From an uncultured Erysipelotrichaceae bacterium (GTDB taxonomy: Bacteria; Bacillota_I; Bacilli_A; RF39; UBA660): a stretch of DNA of 26,023 bases. Location: assembly GCA_902797415.1 (NCBI GenBank), contig CADBSQ010000001.1, positions 1 to 26,023 of the forward strand. The letters run 5' to 3'. The notes under the pieces were generated by a model that worked only from the letters and a program-made list of their open reading frames with translations, had not been told where the DNA came from and ran no database searches. A program made the position numbers and the translations under genes. This document shows, piece after piece, positions 17,127 to 25,664 of this stretch (position 1 is its first letter; every line of letters starts with the position of its first letter).

Positions 17127-17821
17127 TGGATTTAATAGAAATCAAAGATTTAAACAAATCATTTGATGGTAAAAAAATATTAAAAGATATTAATTTAACA
17201 ATTTCAAAAGGTAGAATAATTGGTTTACTAGGTAAAAACGGAGCAGGTAAAACTACTTTGATTAAACTAATTAATGATCTATTAACTCCCGATTCTGGTG
17301 AAATCCTTTTTAAAGGTAAAAAAATTGGGGTATATTCTAAAGAACATATATCTTATTTACCTGAAAGAACTTATTTAGATAAAAGCATGAGTATAGATGA
17401 AATTATAAACTATTTTGAAGAGTTTTATAAGGACTTTTCTAAAGATAAGGCATATAAACTATTAAAGAGTTTAAACCTTGATAAGGATGCTAAAATTAGT
17501 AAAATGTCTAAAGGTATGCAAGAAAAGTTACAACTAATACTTGTTATGTCTAGAAGTGCAGATTTATATGTTTTAGATGAACCAATTGGAGGGGTAGATC
17601 CTGCTACTAGAGATTATATACTAGATACAATTCTTTCTAACTTTAAAGAAGGTGCAAGTATAATCATTTCTACACATTTGATTAATGACATAGAAAGAAT
17701 ACTAGACGATGTAATCTTTATTGATAAAGGTAAAATTGTTTTAACATCTTCTGCAGATGATCTTAGAAAAAAAGAAAAAGCTTCAATAGACGATATATTT
17801 AGGAGGATGTTTAAATGTTAG
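17126..17821 (+). CDS. ABC transporter ATP-binding protein (YtrB-like)
   Basis: Walker A GKNGAGKT, signature MSKGM, Walker B VLDEP and STH. Confidence 0.95.
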   Translation: MDLIEIKDLNKSFDGKKILKDINLTISKGRIIGLLGKNGAGKTTLIKLINDLLTPDSGEILFKGKKIGVYSKEHISYLPERTYLDKSMSIDEIINYFEEFYKDFSKDKAYKLLKSLNLDKDAKISKMSKGMQEKLQLILVMSRSADLYVLDEPIGGVDPATRDYILDTILSNFKEGASIIISTHLINDIERILDDVIFIDKGKIVLTSSADDLRKKEKASIDDIFRRMFKC

Positions 17822-18600
17822 GTAAATTGATAAAATATGATTTTAATTGGATTAATAAGATTCTTTATGTTTATTATATAATACTATTTATAATAGCAAT
17901 TGTCCTTAAAATAGTAGAGAGTTTTGATCAAACACTGTTTTTGTTAATTGTTGATAAAATAGTATCTGGGATGTATATAGCTTGTGCTATTTCTATAATA
18001 ATAACTAACGTTATGAGAGTATGGAGCAGATTCATTAGTAATGTTTATAAAGATGAAAGCTATTTAACACATACTCTTCCAGTTACAAAAAATCAAATAT
18101 TTAATTCAAAGATTATATCTTCAATTCTATCTCTTGGACTATCTTCATTAGTTATTATAGTTTGTAGCCTTATAGTTTATTTGAATAGTACAACAATTGA
18201 TATGATTAAAATGATGTATCAATCATTAATGGATGTATATGGTTCCTTAAATGCATTGTTATTCATAACAGGCTTTGTATTAATAGTAATACTAGAGGTT
18301 ATATATTTTATGTTAGCAGGAGTATTTGGAATTGTTGTAGGGTATCGCTCTAACAATAATAAATTGTTAAAATCAATAATAGTAGGTATAGCTAGTTATA
18401 TGTTTTTTTCAACAATAACATTAGTTGTAGTTGGGTCTCTTAGTAAATTTGCAAAGTTTGATATAGTAGCCGAAGGTTTTCCAACACTTAGCACCTTAAG
18501 GGTTATGATGATATCATCTGTAGTCGTTTATATTTTTTGGGATTTATTATATTACTTTGTATCTAAATATTTACTAAATAAGGGGGTTAATGTAGAATAA
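17815..18600 (+). CDS. ABC transporter permease
   Basis: About six hydrophobic segments, YLTHTLPVTKNQIFNSKI motif, overlaps the ATPase stop. Confidence 0.85.
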   Translation: MLGKLIKYDFNWINKILYVYYIILFIIAIVLKIVESFDQTLFLLIVDKIVSGMYIACAISIIITNVMRVWSRFISNVYKDESYLTHTLPVTKNQIFNSKIISSILSLGLSSLVIIVCSLIVYLNSTTIDMIKMMYQSLMDVYGSLNALLFITGFVLIVILEVIYFMLAGVFGIVVGYRSNNNKLLKSIIVGIASYMFFSTITLVVVGSLSKFAKFDIVAEGFPTLSTLRVMMISSVVVYIFWDLLYYFVSKYLLNKGVNVE

Positions 18601-18696
18601 AAAGCACTCGATATATAGAAGTGTAATAGGTCATTATATTAAGAATAATAATTTATACTCTTTGTGTTATAATAATGACAGAAACGGAGAAATAAT

Positions 18697-19247
18697 ATGA
18701 AAAAAGTATTTTTAAAATACCTAGTATAGATGATTTAAAGTATAGACAAAAATGGCTTAAAGACCCAAAGTCGATGATACACAACATTGGTTATGATGTT
18801 GATATTAAAGGATATAATAGAGAAGATGGAACCATAACAAAAACAGATGAAGAAATGGTTGAATGGTATCACAATTGGGTTAACAAAGAAACTGATAAGT
18901 ATTTTGCCTATATATATTCAACCAGTGAAGATGAACCGTTGGGGGAAATATATTATCAATATGATGGTAAAGTTCATTCGATGGGTGTATTTATTCGAAA
19001 TGAATACAGAGGTAAAGGTTACTCTTATCCAGCACTACTAGAACTTGAAAAAATTGCTTTTGAAAAAAATAATATTAGTGAGTTATCTGATATTATTCCG
19101 ATAAATAGAGTAGCTGCAATAAAATCTTTTGAGAAGGCTGGATTTACACAAACTGAAATGGAAATCACAGACAAACGGCTTGGTAAAGAACAAATAAGTA
19201 GACAACTATTAATTACAAAAGAAATGTATTTTAAAAAAGTAGAATAA
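18697..19247 (+). pseudogene. GNAT family N-acetyltransferase with a one-base frameshift after codon ~7
   Basis: ATG 18697 (after GGAG) reads MKKVFLKYLV-stop. The -1 frame is open from 18696 and reads KIPSIDDLKYRQKWLKDPKSM into the 18774 ORF, which has motif A (YRGKGYS) and AIKSFEKAGF. Confidence 0.75.
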
Positions 19248-19260
19248 AATCTACTTTTTT
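19233..19260 (+). terminator. Terminator spanning the GNAT stop codon
   Basis: AAAAAAGTAGA-ATAAAA-TCTACTTTTTT, followed by TG-A-TATAAT (19263-19271). Confidence 0.7.
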
Positions 19261-19290
19261 TATGATATAATAACTTTATAAGGAGTAGTT

Positions 19291-19827
19291 ATGATATATT
19301 TAGGAATGCTTTTTGTAGCACTTATTGGTACTTTTTTACATTTTTTGTATGAAATTAGTAATCACAACAAATTTGTTGCTATTTTTGCTGCAGTCAACGA
19401 AAGTACTTGGGAGCATATAAAAATATGTATGACACCAACACTAGTTTGGTGCTTGTTTGATGCGTTTGTTTATGCATCAAGTGGAAACTATATTATTGGT
19501 AAAGCTTTATGTTTATTAACTATTATTGTTTTAATACCAGTTTTGTTTTATTCATATACTTTATTCACAAAAAAGTCTATCTTAGTTGTTGATATTATAT
19601 GTTTTTATATTGTTGTAATATGTTCTAATTTAGTATTTAATTATATTATCAATCTGAATATATTACCATTTATATACGTTTATTTAAGTTGTATACTTTT
19701 ATTTATTGAAATAGGTGCTTATATGTTTTTAACGTTTAATCCATTAAAACATTTTATATTTGAAGATCCAATATCTCATAAATATGGATTAAAAGGTCAT
19801 ACTGAGAATCATCATCATAAACATTAA
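19291..19827 (+). CDS. DUF6512-like membrane protein
   Basis: GTFLHFLYE...AVNESTWEHIK pattern, about five hydrophobic segments, His-rich C-terminus. Confidence 0.7.
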   Translation: MIYLGMLFVALIGTFLHFLYEISNHNKFVAIFAAVNESTWEHIKICMTPTLVWCLFDAFVYASSGNYIIGKALCLLTIIVLIPVLFYSYTLFTKKSILVVDIICFYIVVICSNLVFNYIINLNILPFIYVYLSCILLFIEIGAYMFLTFNPLKHFIFEDPISHKYGLKGHTENHHHKH

Positions 19828-19837
19828 GGAGATTTTT

Positions 19838-21025
19838 ATGTCTAAGAAAGAACTTTTAAAAAGAATATATGAAATGATAGATTATATTGTTAATGGTAAG
19901 GTGGTTCGTGATAATAGAGTATTTTACGGGCATCCTAATTTTTATTTAAAACATACTAAAGAAGAATTTAAAACCACATTAAATTCAATAATTGATGACA
20001 AACAATCATACGATGAGTATGATTTATATTATTATGTTAATTATATGTTTAAATATATGTTAAATGAGTATGATTCTCATACTAAACTAAGTTTTATAAA
20101 TAAACCTCGCATACCACTAAAGATAAGATATATAAATAGCGAATTGTACATTGTTGATTGTAATGAAGATATGAAAGAATTTATAGGTTCAAAACTTTTA
20201 AAGATAAATGGGATTGATATTGATTTGGTTATTTCAGATTTAGATAAAATAATATGTTACGCGTCAAATAATTATTTTAAAGTGTTATTAGAAGATAATA
20301 TTATTAACATTAATGTGCTTAAATCTTTACCGTGTATAGGTAGAGCAAAAGATATTAAATTTGAAACAGATAAAGGCGAGATTAGCTTTACACCAAACAA
20401 TATAAAAAGACTTGTAGATAAATCTACGAAACCAAATTATAATGTAGAGCAGTTTGATGAAATTGCAGTTATCACTTATAATCATTGTAAAAATGAGCAA
20501 TTAATGATTAATATGATTGAAAAACTAAAAAGACTAACTGATGTAGACAAGTATATAGTGGATTTAAGAGGTAATTCTGGAGGAAACTCAGCTATAAACA
20601 GACATTTAGTAAATTTTTTAAAAGGTAAAAAAATAATTACATTATGTGATGAAAGAACCTTTTCTAGTGCAAGAATGTGCTTATTAGATCTAAAAAATGC
20701 TGGATCAAAGATAATAGGCTCTGAACCTGGTACTCCAATAAGCTGTTTTGGTAATAACATTATAGAAAAAAAATATACTGATCTAAATCTTATATTAAAG
20801 GGGAGTGCCACATATTGGTATTATGATGATAACTTAGTTTGTCATGGTATAGATAAGACTAATTTTGAAGAAGAATTAAGGAGTAATCCTAATTTATTAA
20901 AACTTGTTTATGCACCGATTGATGAAGAAGTTGAATTAACTATTGATGATTATATTAATTCTTATGATTCCGTATTAGATTATGCAATAAAATCTTTTAA
21001 TAAGAAAAATAAATTTAATATATAA
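19838..21025 (+). CDS. S41 family peptidase-like protein
   Basis: DSHT, PDZ-like GSKLLKINGIDI, VDLRGNSGGN, TFSSA and IGSEPG motifs. Confidence 0.75.
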   Translation: MSKKELLKRIYEMIDYIVNGKVVRDNRVFYGHPNFYLKHTKEEFKTTLNSIIDDKQSYDEYDLYYYVNYMFKYMLNEYDSHTKLSFINKPRIPLKIRYINSELYIVDCNEDMKEFIGSKLLKINGIDIDLVISDLDKIICYASNNYFKVLLEDNIININVLKSLPCIGRAKDIKFETDKGEISFTPNNIKRLVDKSTKPNYNVEQFDEIAVITYNHCKNEQLMINMIEKLKRLTDVDKYIVDLRGNSGGNSAINRHLVNFLKGKKIITLCDERTFSSARMCLLDLKNAGSKIIGSEPGTPISCFGNNIIEKKYTDLNLILKGSATYWYYDDNLVCHGIDKTNFEEELRSNPNLLKLVYAPIDEEVELTIDDYINSYDSVLDYAIKSFNKKNKFNI

Positions 21026-21157
21026 AAGAGGTGTTTTAATATAAAACAATCGATTATAAAATATATTATGTGAAAATATCACACGAATAAAGTTACAAAT
21101 ACAGTTAATATACAAGTTTTTATACATTAAAAAGTTTAAAAAACATACCAATAATCT

Positions 21158-21186
21158 TTGACTTTGAAGTGTCGTTTTGCTATAAT
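21158..21186 (+). promoter_or_regulatory. rpsF operon sigma-A promoter
   Basis: TTGACT (21158-21163), 17 nt, TG-C-TATAAT (21181-21186). Confidence 0.85.
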
Positions 21187-21205
21187 ACGGTGGAGATGTG
21201 AAAAG

Positions 21206-21250
21206 CACTCTTTGCTATTAATTTAGCCGAATAAGACCAAAAGGAGGTGT
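21206..21250 (+). promoter_or_regulatory. S6:S18-binding rpsF leader
   Basis: CACTCTTTG can pair with the SD-containing CAAAAGGAGGTG. The internal hairpin GCTA-TTAATT-TAGC is followed by CCG, matching the known CCR motif. Confidence 0.7.
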
Positions 21251-21253
21251 ACT

Positions 21254-21544
21254 ATGCGTAATTACGAAATAATGGTTATTGTAAAGTCTAACTTAGAAGT
21301 AGAAAACGCAAAGAAAGAAATAGAAAACATCAAAAAAATAATTACTGATGGAAAAGGTAAAGTAGTTTCCACAAATGAGATGGGACAAAGAAAACTTGCT
21401 TATCCAATTAAAAAAGAAATTAATGGTTTATATTATGTTTTAACTTTTTCTAGTGATAACGATACTTTAAATGAGTTAGAGCGTCGTATTAAAATTAATG
21501 AAAATATTTTAAGACATTTAATAATCAGATTAGACGAGGAGTAA
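21254..21544 (+). CDS. rpsF: 30S ribosomal protein S6
   Basis: MRNYEIMVI, MGQRKLAYPIKK and ILRHLII motifs. Confidence 0.97.
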   Translation: MRNYEIMVIVKSNLEVENAKKEIENIKKIITDGKGKVVSTNEMGQRKLAYPIKKEINGLYYVLTFSSDNDTLNELERRIKINENILRHLIIRLDEE

Positions 21545-21548
21545 AAAT

Positions 21549-22061
21549 ATGAATAGAACAATTTTAGTTGGTAGAATAACTGCTGATCCTGAACTTAGAA
21601 CAACACCTAATGGAATTGCAACAACTACAATTACAGTTGCTGTTAATAGAATTCCTAATGCTAATGGTGAACAAATAGCAGATTTTATTAGATGTGTTGT
21701 TTGGAGAAGACAAGCGGAAAATGTTGCAAAATATTGTACAAAGGGTTCACTTGTTGCTCTTGAAGGAAGAATTCAATCAAGAAGTTACGATGCTCAAGAT
21801 GGAACTAGAAGATATGTGACAGAGGTAGTTGCTGATAACGTAAGATTCTTAAGTAGTCGAAACTCTGCACCAGCCGGTGGAAGTTATCAACCAGAACCTA
21901 CTAGTAACTATCAAGCTCCTGCTCCTGAAGTACAAACTGATGATGTTCCATTTCCAGAGGGTGAAACAGTTGACATACAAACTAATAGTTCAGCGGATGA
22001 TGATCCATTCGCAAGTTTTGGTTCTGAAATCGCTTTAAGCGATGACGATTTACCATTTTAA
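21549..22061 (+). CDS. ssb: Single-stranded DNA-binding protein
   Basis: OB fold (ILVGRITADPELRT, VALEGRIQSRSY) and C-terminal DDDLPF. Confidence 0.98.
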   Translation: MNRTILVGRITADPELRTTPNGIATTTITVAVNRIPNANGEQIADFIRCVVWRRQAENVAKYCTKGSLVALEGRIQSRSYDAQDGTRRYVTEVVADNVRFLSSRNSAPAGGSYQPEPTSNYQAPAPEVQTDDVPFPEGETVDIQTNSSADDDPFASFGSEIALSDDDLPF

Positions 22062-22079
22062 TGAAAGGAGAATTAAACT

Positions 22080-22295
22080 GTGGCTGAATTTTATCGTAAA
22101 AAAAAGAAATTTTGTCAGATGTGTGCTGGCAAAAGCGTAGACTATAAAAATCCACAAATAGTTTCTAAATATATTAATGATAAAGGTAAAATTGTTTCAA
22201 GAAGAGTAAGTGGAACTTGTGCAAAACATCAAAGACATGTACAAACACAAGTTAAAAGAGCTCGTTTTATGGCTTTATTACCTTATGTTAAATAG
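22080..22295 (+). CDS. rpsR: 30S ribosomal protein S18
   Basis: CQMC, VDYKN, GKIVSRRVSGTCAKHQR and RARFMALLPY. GTG start. Confidence 0.97.
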   Translation: MAEFYRKKKKFCQMCAGKSVDYKNPQIVSKYINDKGKIVSRRVSGTCAKHQRHVQTQVKRARFMALLPYVK

Positions 22296-22318
22296 TGTCT
22301 AGCTAAAAGACACTTTTT
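22294..22318 (+). terminator. rpsR terminator, followed by an extended -10 (TG-G-TATAAT, 22334-22342)
   Basis: AGTGTCT-AGCTAAA-AGACACT-TTTT. Confidence 0.75.
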
Positions 22319-22370
22319 CTTTTTGTTGATTTTTGGTATAATTAAAATACTTAAAAAGGAGGGAGCATGT

Positions 22371-22808
22371 TTGAAAGTAATACTTTTAAAAGATGTTAAA
22401 AAACAAGGCAAAAAAGATGACATCATTGAAGTTAGTGATGGATATGCAACTAACTTTCTTATTAAGAACAATCTTGCAGTGGCTTATACCAAGAAAAGCA
22501 AGCAAATTCTTGAAAGTGATTTAAGCAAAAGAAGCGAAGACGAAAAACAAGAAATTGCAAGATGTGAAAAAGTAAAAGAAAAAATTGAAAAAGAAGATTT
22601 TAGTTTTGTTGTTAAATCTGGTAAAGATGGGAAATTATTTGGTACGATTTCTACTAAGCAGATTGCAGACGAAATAAAAAAGAAGGGATATGATGTTGAT
22701 AAAAAAGCTATTGTTATGGACAATAAAATAACCTCTTTAGGTACATACAAAGTTATAATTAATTTACACAAAAAAGTCCAAGCAACAATAGATATACACA
22801 TTTGTTAG
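22371..22808 (+). CDS. rplI: 50S ribosomal protein L9
   Basis: KVILLKDVKKQGKK, VSDGYATNFL and GKLFGTISTKQIA. TTG start at 22371, 8 nt after AGGAGG. Confidence 0.96.
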   Translation: MKVILLKDVKKQGKKDDIIEVSDGYATNFLIKNNLAVAYTKKSKQILESDLSKRSEDEKQEIARCEKVKEKIEKEDFSFVVKSGKDGKLFGTISTKQIADEIKKKGYDVDKKAIVMDNKITSLGTYKVIINLHKKVQATIDIHIC

Positions 22809-22819
22809 GAGGTTAAAAC

Positions 22820-24187
22820 ATGGAATCAAGAAAAATGCCCCAAAATTTGGAAGCAGAAATGTCAATTTTAAGTGCATGCTTTTTAATGCCTGCTAATGCT
22901 GATAAAGTATGTGAAGAAATGATTCCAGAAATGTTTTTCAGTGAACAAAACAGAAAAATATTTGAAGCGATTTTTAATCTCCATGAAAGTAAAAAACCTA
23001 TTGATATGACTACACTTATTAATGAGCTTGAGAGAAATAACACCCTAGCAATAATTGGTGGGATGGAATATTTAAGTGATGTAGTTGATTCAATAGTATC
23101 AAGTGCAAATCTAGAATATTACATGCATATTGTTCAAGAAAAGTACTTAAGAAGAAGACTAATAGAAGTATCTACAAAAATAACTACAAATGCTTATGAA
23201 GAGTCAACTGAAACTAATGAAGTAGTTGATGACGCGGAAAAACAAATTTTCAGTGTAACTAAAGAAAGAAAATCAGGTGAATTTAAATCTATTAGTGAAG
23301 TTCTTCGTTCTACTCAAAAGAGGCTTGAATTTTTAGCACAAAATGATTCAGATTTAACAGGGTTAGCAACCGGTTTTGACGATATAGACAAAATCACTAG
23401 TGGACTTCATGAAAACGAACTAATTATAATAGCTGCTCGTCCAGCGATGGGTAAAACTGCTTTCGCATTAAATCTAGCAGTTAATGCGGCTCTTACAACT
23501 CCTAAAGCAGTTGCAATATTCAACTTAGAAATGGGAGCTGAACAATTAGCTCAACGTATGATTGGCTCTACTGGCGGTATAAATATGACTAAATTAAAAA
23601 CTGGACAATTAGATGAAAGTGATTGGCAAAAAGTTAACGAAGCAATGAGTCAGCTCGGCGAAACGAATATTTACATAGAAGATACTGCAGGCATAACCGT
23701 TGGTGAAATTAGAGCAAAGTGTAGACGTTTAGCAACTAGTGAACAGGGATTAGCGCTTGTAGTAATTGACTATTTACAGCTAATTCAAGGAGGGGCTAGA
23801 TATGCCGGGAACAGACAACAAGAAGTATCAGAGATTTCAAGATCTCTTAAACAAATGGCTCTTGAACTTAATGTTCCAGTTATAGCGTTAGCACAGCTTT
23901 CTCGCAGCGTAGAACTTCGTGAAGACAAAAGGCCGATAATGAGTGACCTTAGAGAGTCAGGTTCAATAGAACAGGACGCAGATATAGTTTCGTTTCTATA
24001 TAGAGATGATTATTATAATCCCGAACTAAAGAAAGATAATTTAAGCAGCAGCACAAGTATAACAGAGTTTATTATTGGAAAACATAGAAGTGGCGAAACT
24101 GGAACAGTTGAACTTGCTTTTGAAAAGAACATAAGTACCTTTAGAAATATAAAAAGAAACGGTGAAGAGATAAATGAAAAAGAATAA
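22820..24187 (+). CDS. dnaB: Replicative DNA helicase (DnaB; called DnaC in B. subtilis)
   Basis: PQNLEAE, AARPAMGKT, VIDYLQL, ALAQLSR and SDLRESGSIEQDAD. Confidence 0.98.
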   Translation: MESRKMPQNLEAEMSILSACFLMPANADKVCEEMIPEMFFSEQNRKIFEAIFNLHESKKPIDMTTLINELERNNTLAIIGGMEYLSDVVDSIVSSANLEYYMHIVQEKYLRRRLIEVSTKITTNAYEESTETNEVVDDAEKQIFSVTKERKSGEFKSISEVLRSTQKRLEFLAQNDSDLTGLATGFDDIDKITSGLHENELIIIAARPAMGKTAFALNLAVNAALTTPKAVAIFNLEMGAEQLAQRMIGSTGGINMTKLKTGQLDESDWQKVNEAMSQLGETNIYIEDTAGITVGEIRAKCRRLATSEQGLALVVIDYLQLIQGGARYAGNRQQEVSEISRSLKQMALELNVPVIALAQLSRSVELREDKRPIMSDLRESGSIEQDADIVSFLYRDDYYNPELKKDNLSSSTSITEFIIGKHRSGETGTVELAFEKNISTFRNIKRNGEEINEKE

Positions 24188-25664
24188 GATTTTAACAATT
24201 ATATGTTTATTAATGTTAGTTTTTGGGGTAGGTTTTAAAAATCAGTCCGAACTTCCAAAGGATGTATACAAGGTTTATTTAGAAGGAGAAACCGTGGGTT
24301 ACATTGAAGATAAAGATGATTTATTAAAACTTATAAACAACAAACAAAAAAGCATTAAGAAAAAATACGGTGTAGATAAAGTTTATCCGCCACATGGGTT
24401 AAAGATGGTTAAATATACCACATATAGCAAAAACTTAAAATCTGCTGATGAAGTCTATAGACTGCTTGTAAAAAAGAGTAAATTTACTGTAAAAGGATAT
24501 GTTGTATCAATTAAAAATGATAAAAAAGTAAAATATATCAAGATTCTTAACAAATCTGATTTAAAACCAGCACTAAAAAGTGCTGCATCAGCATTTATTC
24601 CAAAAGAAAAAATGCAGTCATTTATAGATGAAACGCAAACAGAAGTTACTGATACAGGAACAACAATTGAAAACATTTATTTTCAAGAAAAAATAACTAT
24701 TAAAGAGGATTATTTAAATGCCAACGATTTAATTATTACTAATAAAAATGACTTGACAAAATACCTTCTTTTTGGAACTCTCGAAAAACAAGCTGATTAC
24801 GTTGTTAAAGATGGTGATACAGTTGAAACAGTTGCTTACAATAATAAACTTAGTAACGAGGAGTTATTAATAGCAAATCCTAAATTGACAAGTGTTAACT
24901 CACTTTTAAGTGAGGGCCAAGTGCTTAATATAGGTCTTATTAATCCGATGTTTACTGTAGTTGAGGAAGCCGAGGTTATTGAAGATATACCTTCAGCATT
25001 TGAAACGATTGAGGAAAATGACGATACTAAAGCCCCAAGCGAATCATATGTTAAACAAGAAGGAGTGAATGGCACTAATAGAGTAACTGAAAAAGTACTA
25101 TATAAAAACGGTCAAATCATGAATCTTGTAGTAAGTAACACTAAAGAATTGACAAAACCTACGCCTAAAATATTTGTTAAAGGAACTAAGAAAACTGTAA
25201 CCTGGGCTGGTGGTGAAGGCGTTCCAGCAACTATTTCTGGCACTAATTGGGGCTGGCCTACTATTAGTCCTTACATTATAACTAGTAGATATGGTTATAG
25301 ATGGGGTAAATTACATGCTGGTATAGACATATCAGGTAGTGGATTTGGCTCACCAATTTATTCAGCTACTGATGGTGTTGTCTATGAAGTTGAGTCATCT
25401 TGTGCTAGTAATGGTTATTACGGCTCAAGATGTGGTGGCGGATATGGTAACGTTATAAAAGTTCGCGCCACAAATGGTTACACAATTTACTATGGTCACT
25501 TGACAAATAATGTTAAAGTTCGAGTTGGACAAACTGTCTCAAAAGGAGATCACATTGGATTTATGGGTAACAGTGGTAGTTCAACTGGTACTCACTTGCA
25601 CTATCAAATAAATGCTCCATCTGGTGGCGCAGTCAATCCATGTGCGGGGCCATATTCATGTTAG
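24174..25664 (+). CDS. Membrane-anchored or secreted M23 peptidoglycan peptidase with LysM and G5 domains
   Basis: N-terminal hydrophobic segment, LysM (YVVKDGDTVETVA...ANP), G5-like (KQEGVNG...VKGTK) and M23 motifs HAGID, YGHL and TGTHLHY. Confidence 0.92.
   Translation: MKKNKILTIICLLMLVFGVGFKNQSELPKDVYKVYLEGETVGYIEDKDDLLKLINNKQKSIKKKYGVDKVYPPHGLKMVKYTTYSKNLKSADEVYRLLVKKSKFTVKGYVVSIKNDKKVKYIKILNKSDLKPALKSAASAFIPKEKMQSFIDETQTEVTDTGTTIENIYFQEKITIKEDYLNANDLIITNKNDLTKYLLFGTLEKQADYVVKDGDTVETVAYNNKLSNEELLIANPKLTSVNSLLSEGQVLNIGLINPMFTVVEEAEVIEDIPSAFETIEENDDTKAPSESYVKQEGVNGTNRVTEKVLYKNGQIMNLVVSNTKELTKPTPKIFVKGTKKTVTWAGGEGVPATISGTNWGWPTISPYIITSRYGYRWGKLHAGIDISGSGFGSPIYSATDGVVYEVESSCASNGYYGSRCGGGYGNVIKVRATNGYTIYYGHLTNNVKVRVGQTVSKGDHIGFMGNSGSSTGTHLHYQINAPSGGAVNPCAGPYSC

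Noticed and set aside
16518-19041. Alternative-frame + strand ORFs 16518-16703 and 18847-19041
   Set aside because: They are fully or largely nested in rpsI and the GNAT, with no RBS or recognisable domain.
21073-21087. TGTGA-AAATA-TCACA palindrome upstream of the rpsF promoter
   Set aside because: The spacer is 5 nt rather than the 6 expected for Rex/CRP-type sites, and it is about 70 nt upstream of the -35; insufficient support.
7774-25075. Minus-strand ORFs in the track (e.g. 7774-8322, 8326-8724, 9385-9741, 12725-13078, 22484-22801, 24836-25075)
   Set aside because: All lie antisense to well-supported genes, are Ser/Leu/Phe-rich mirror translations, and show no motifs or RBS.
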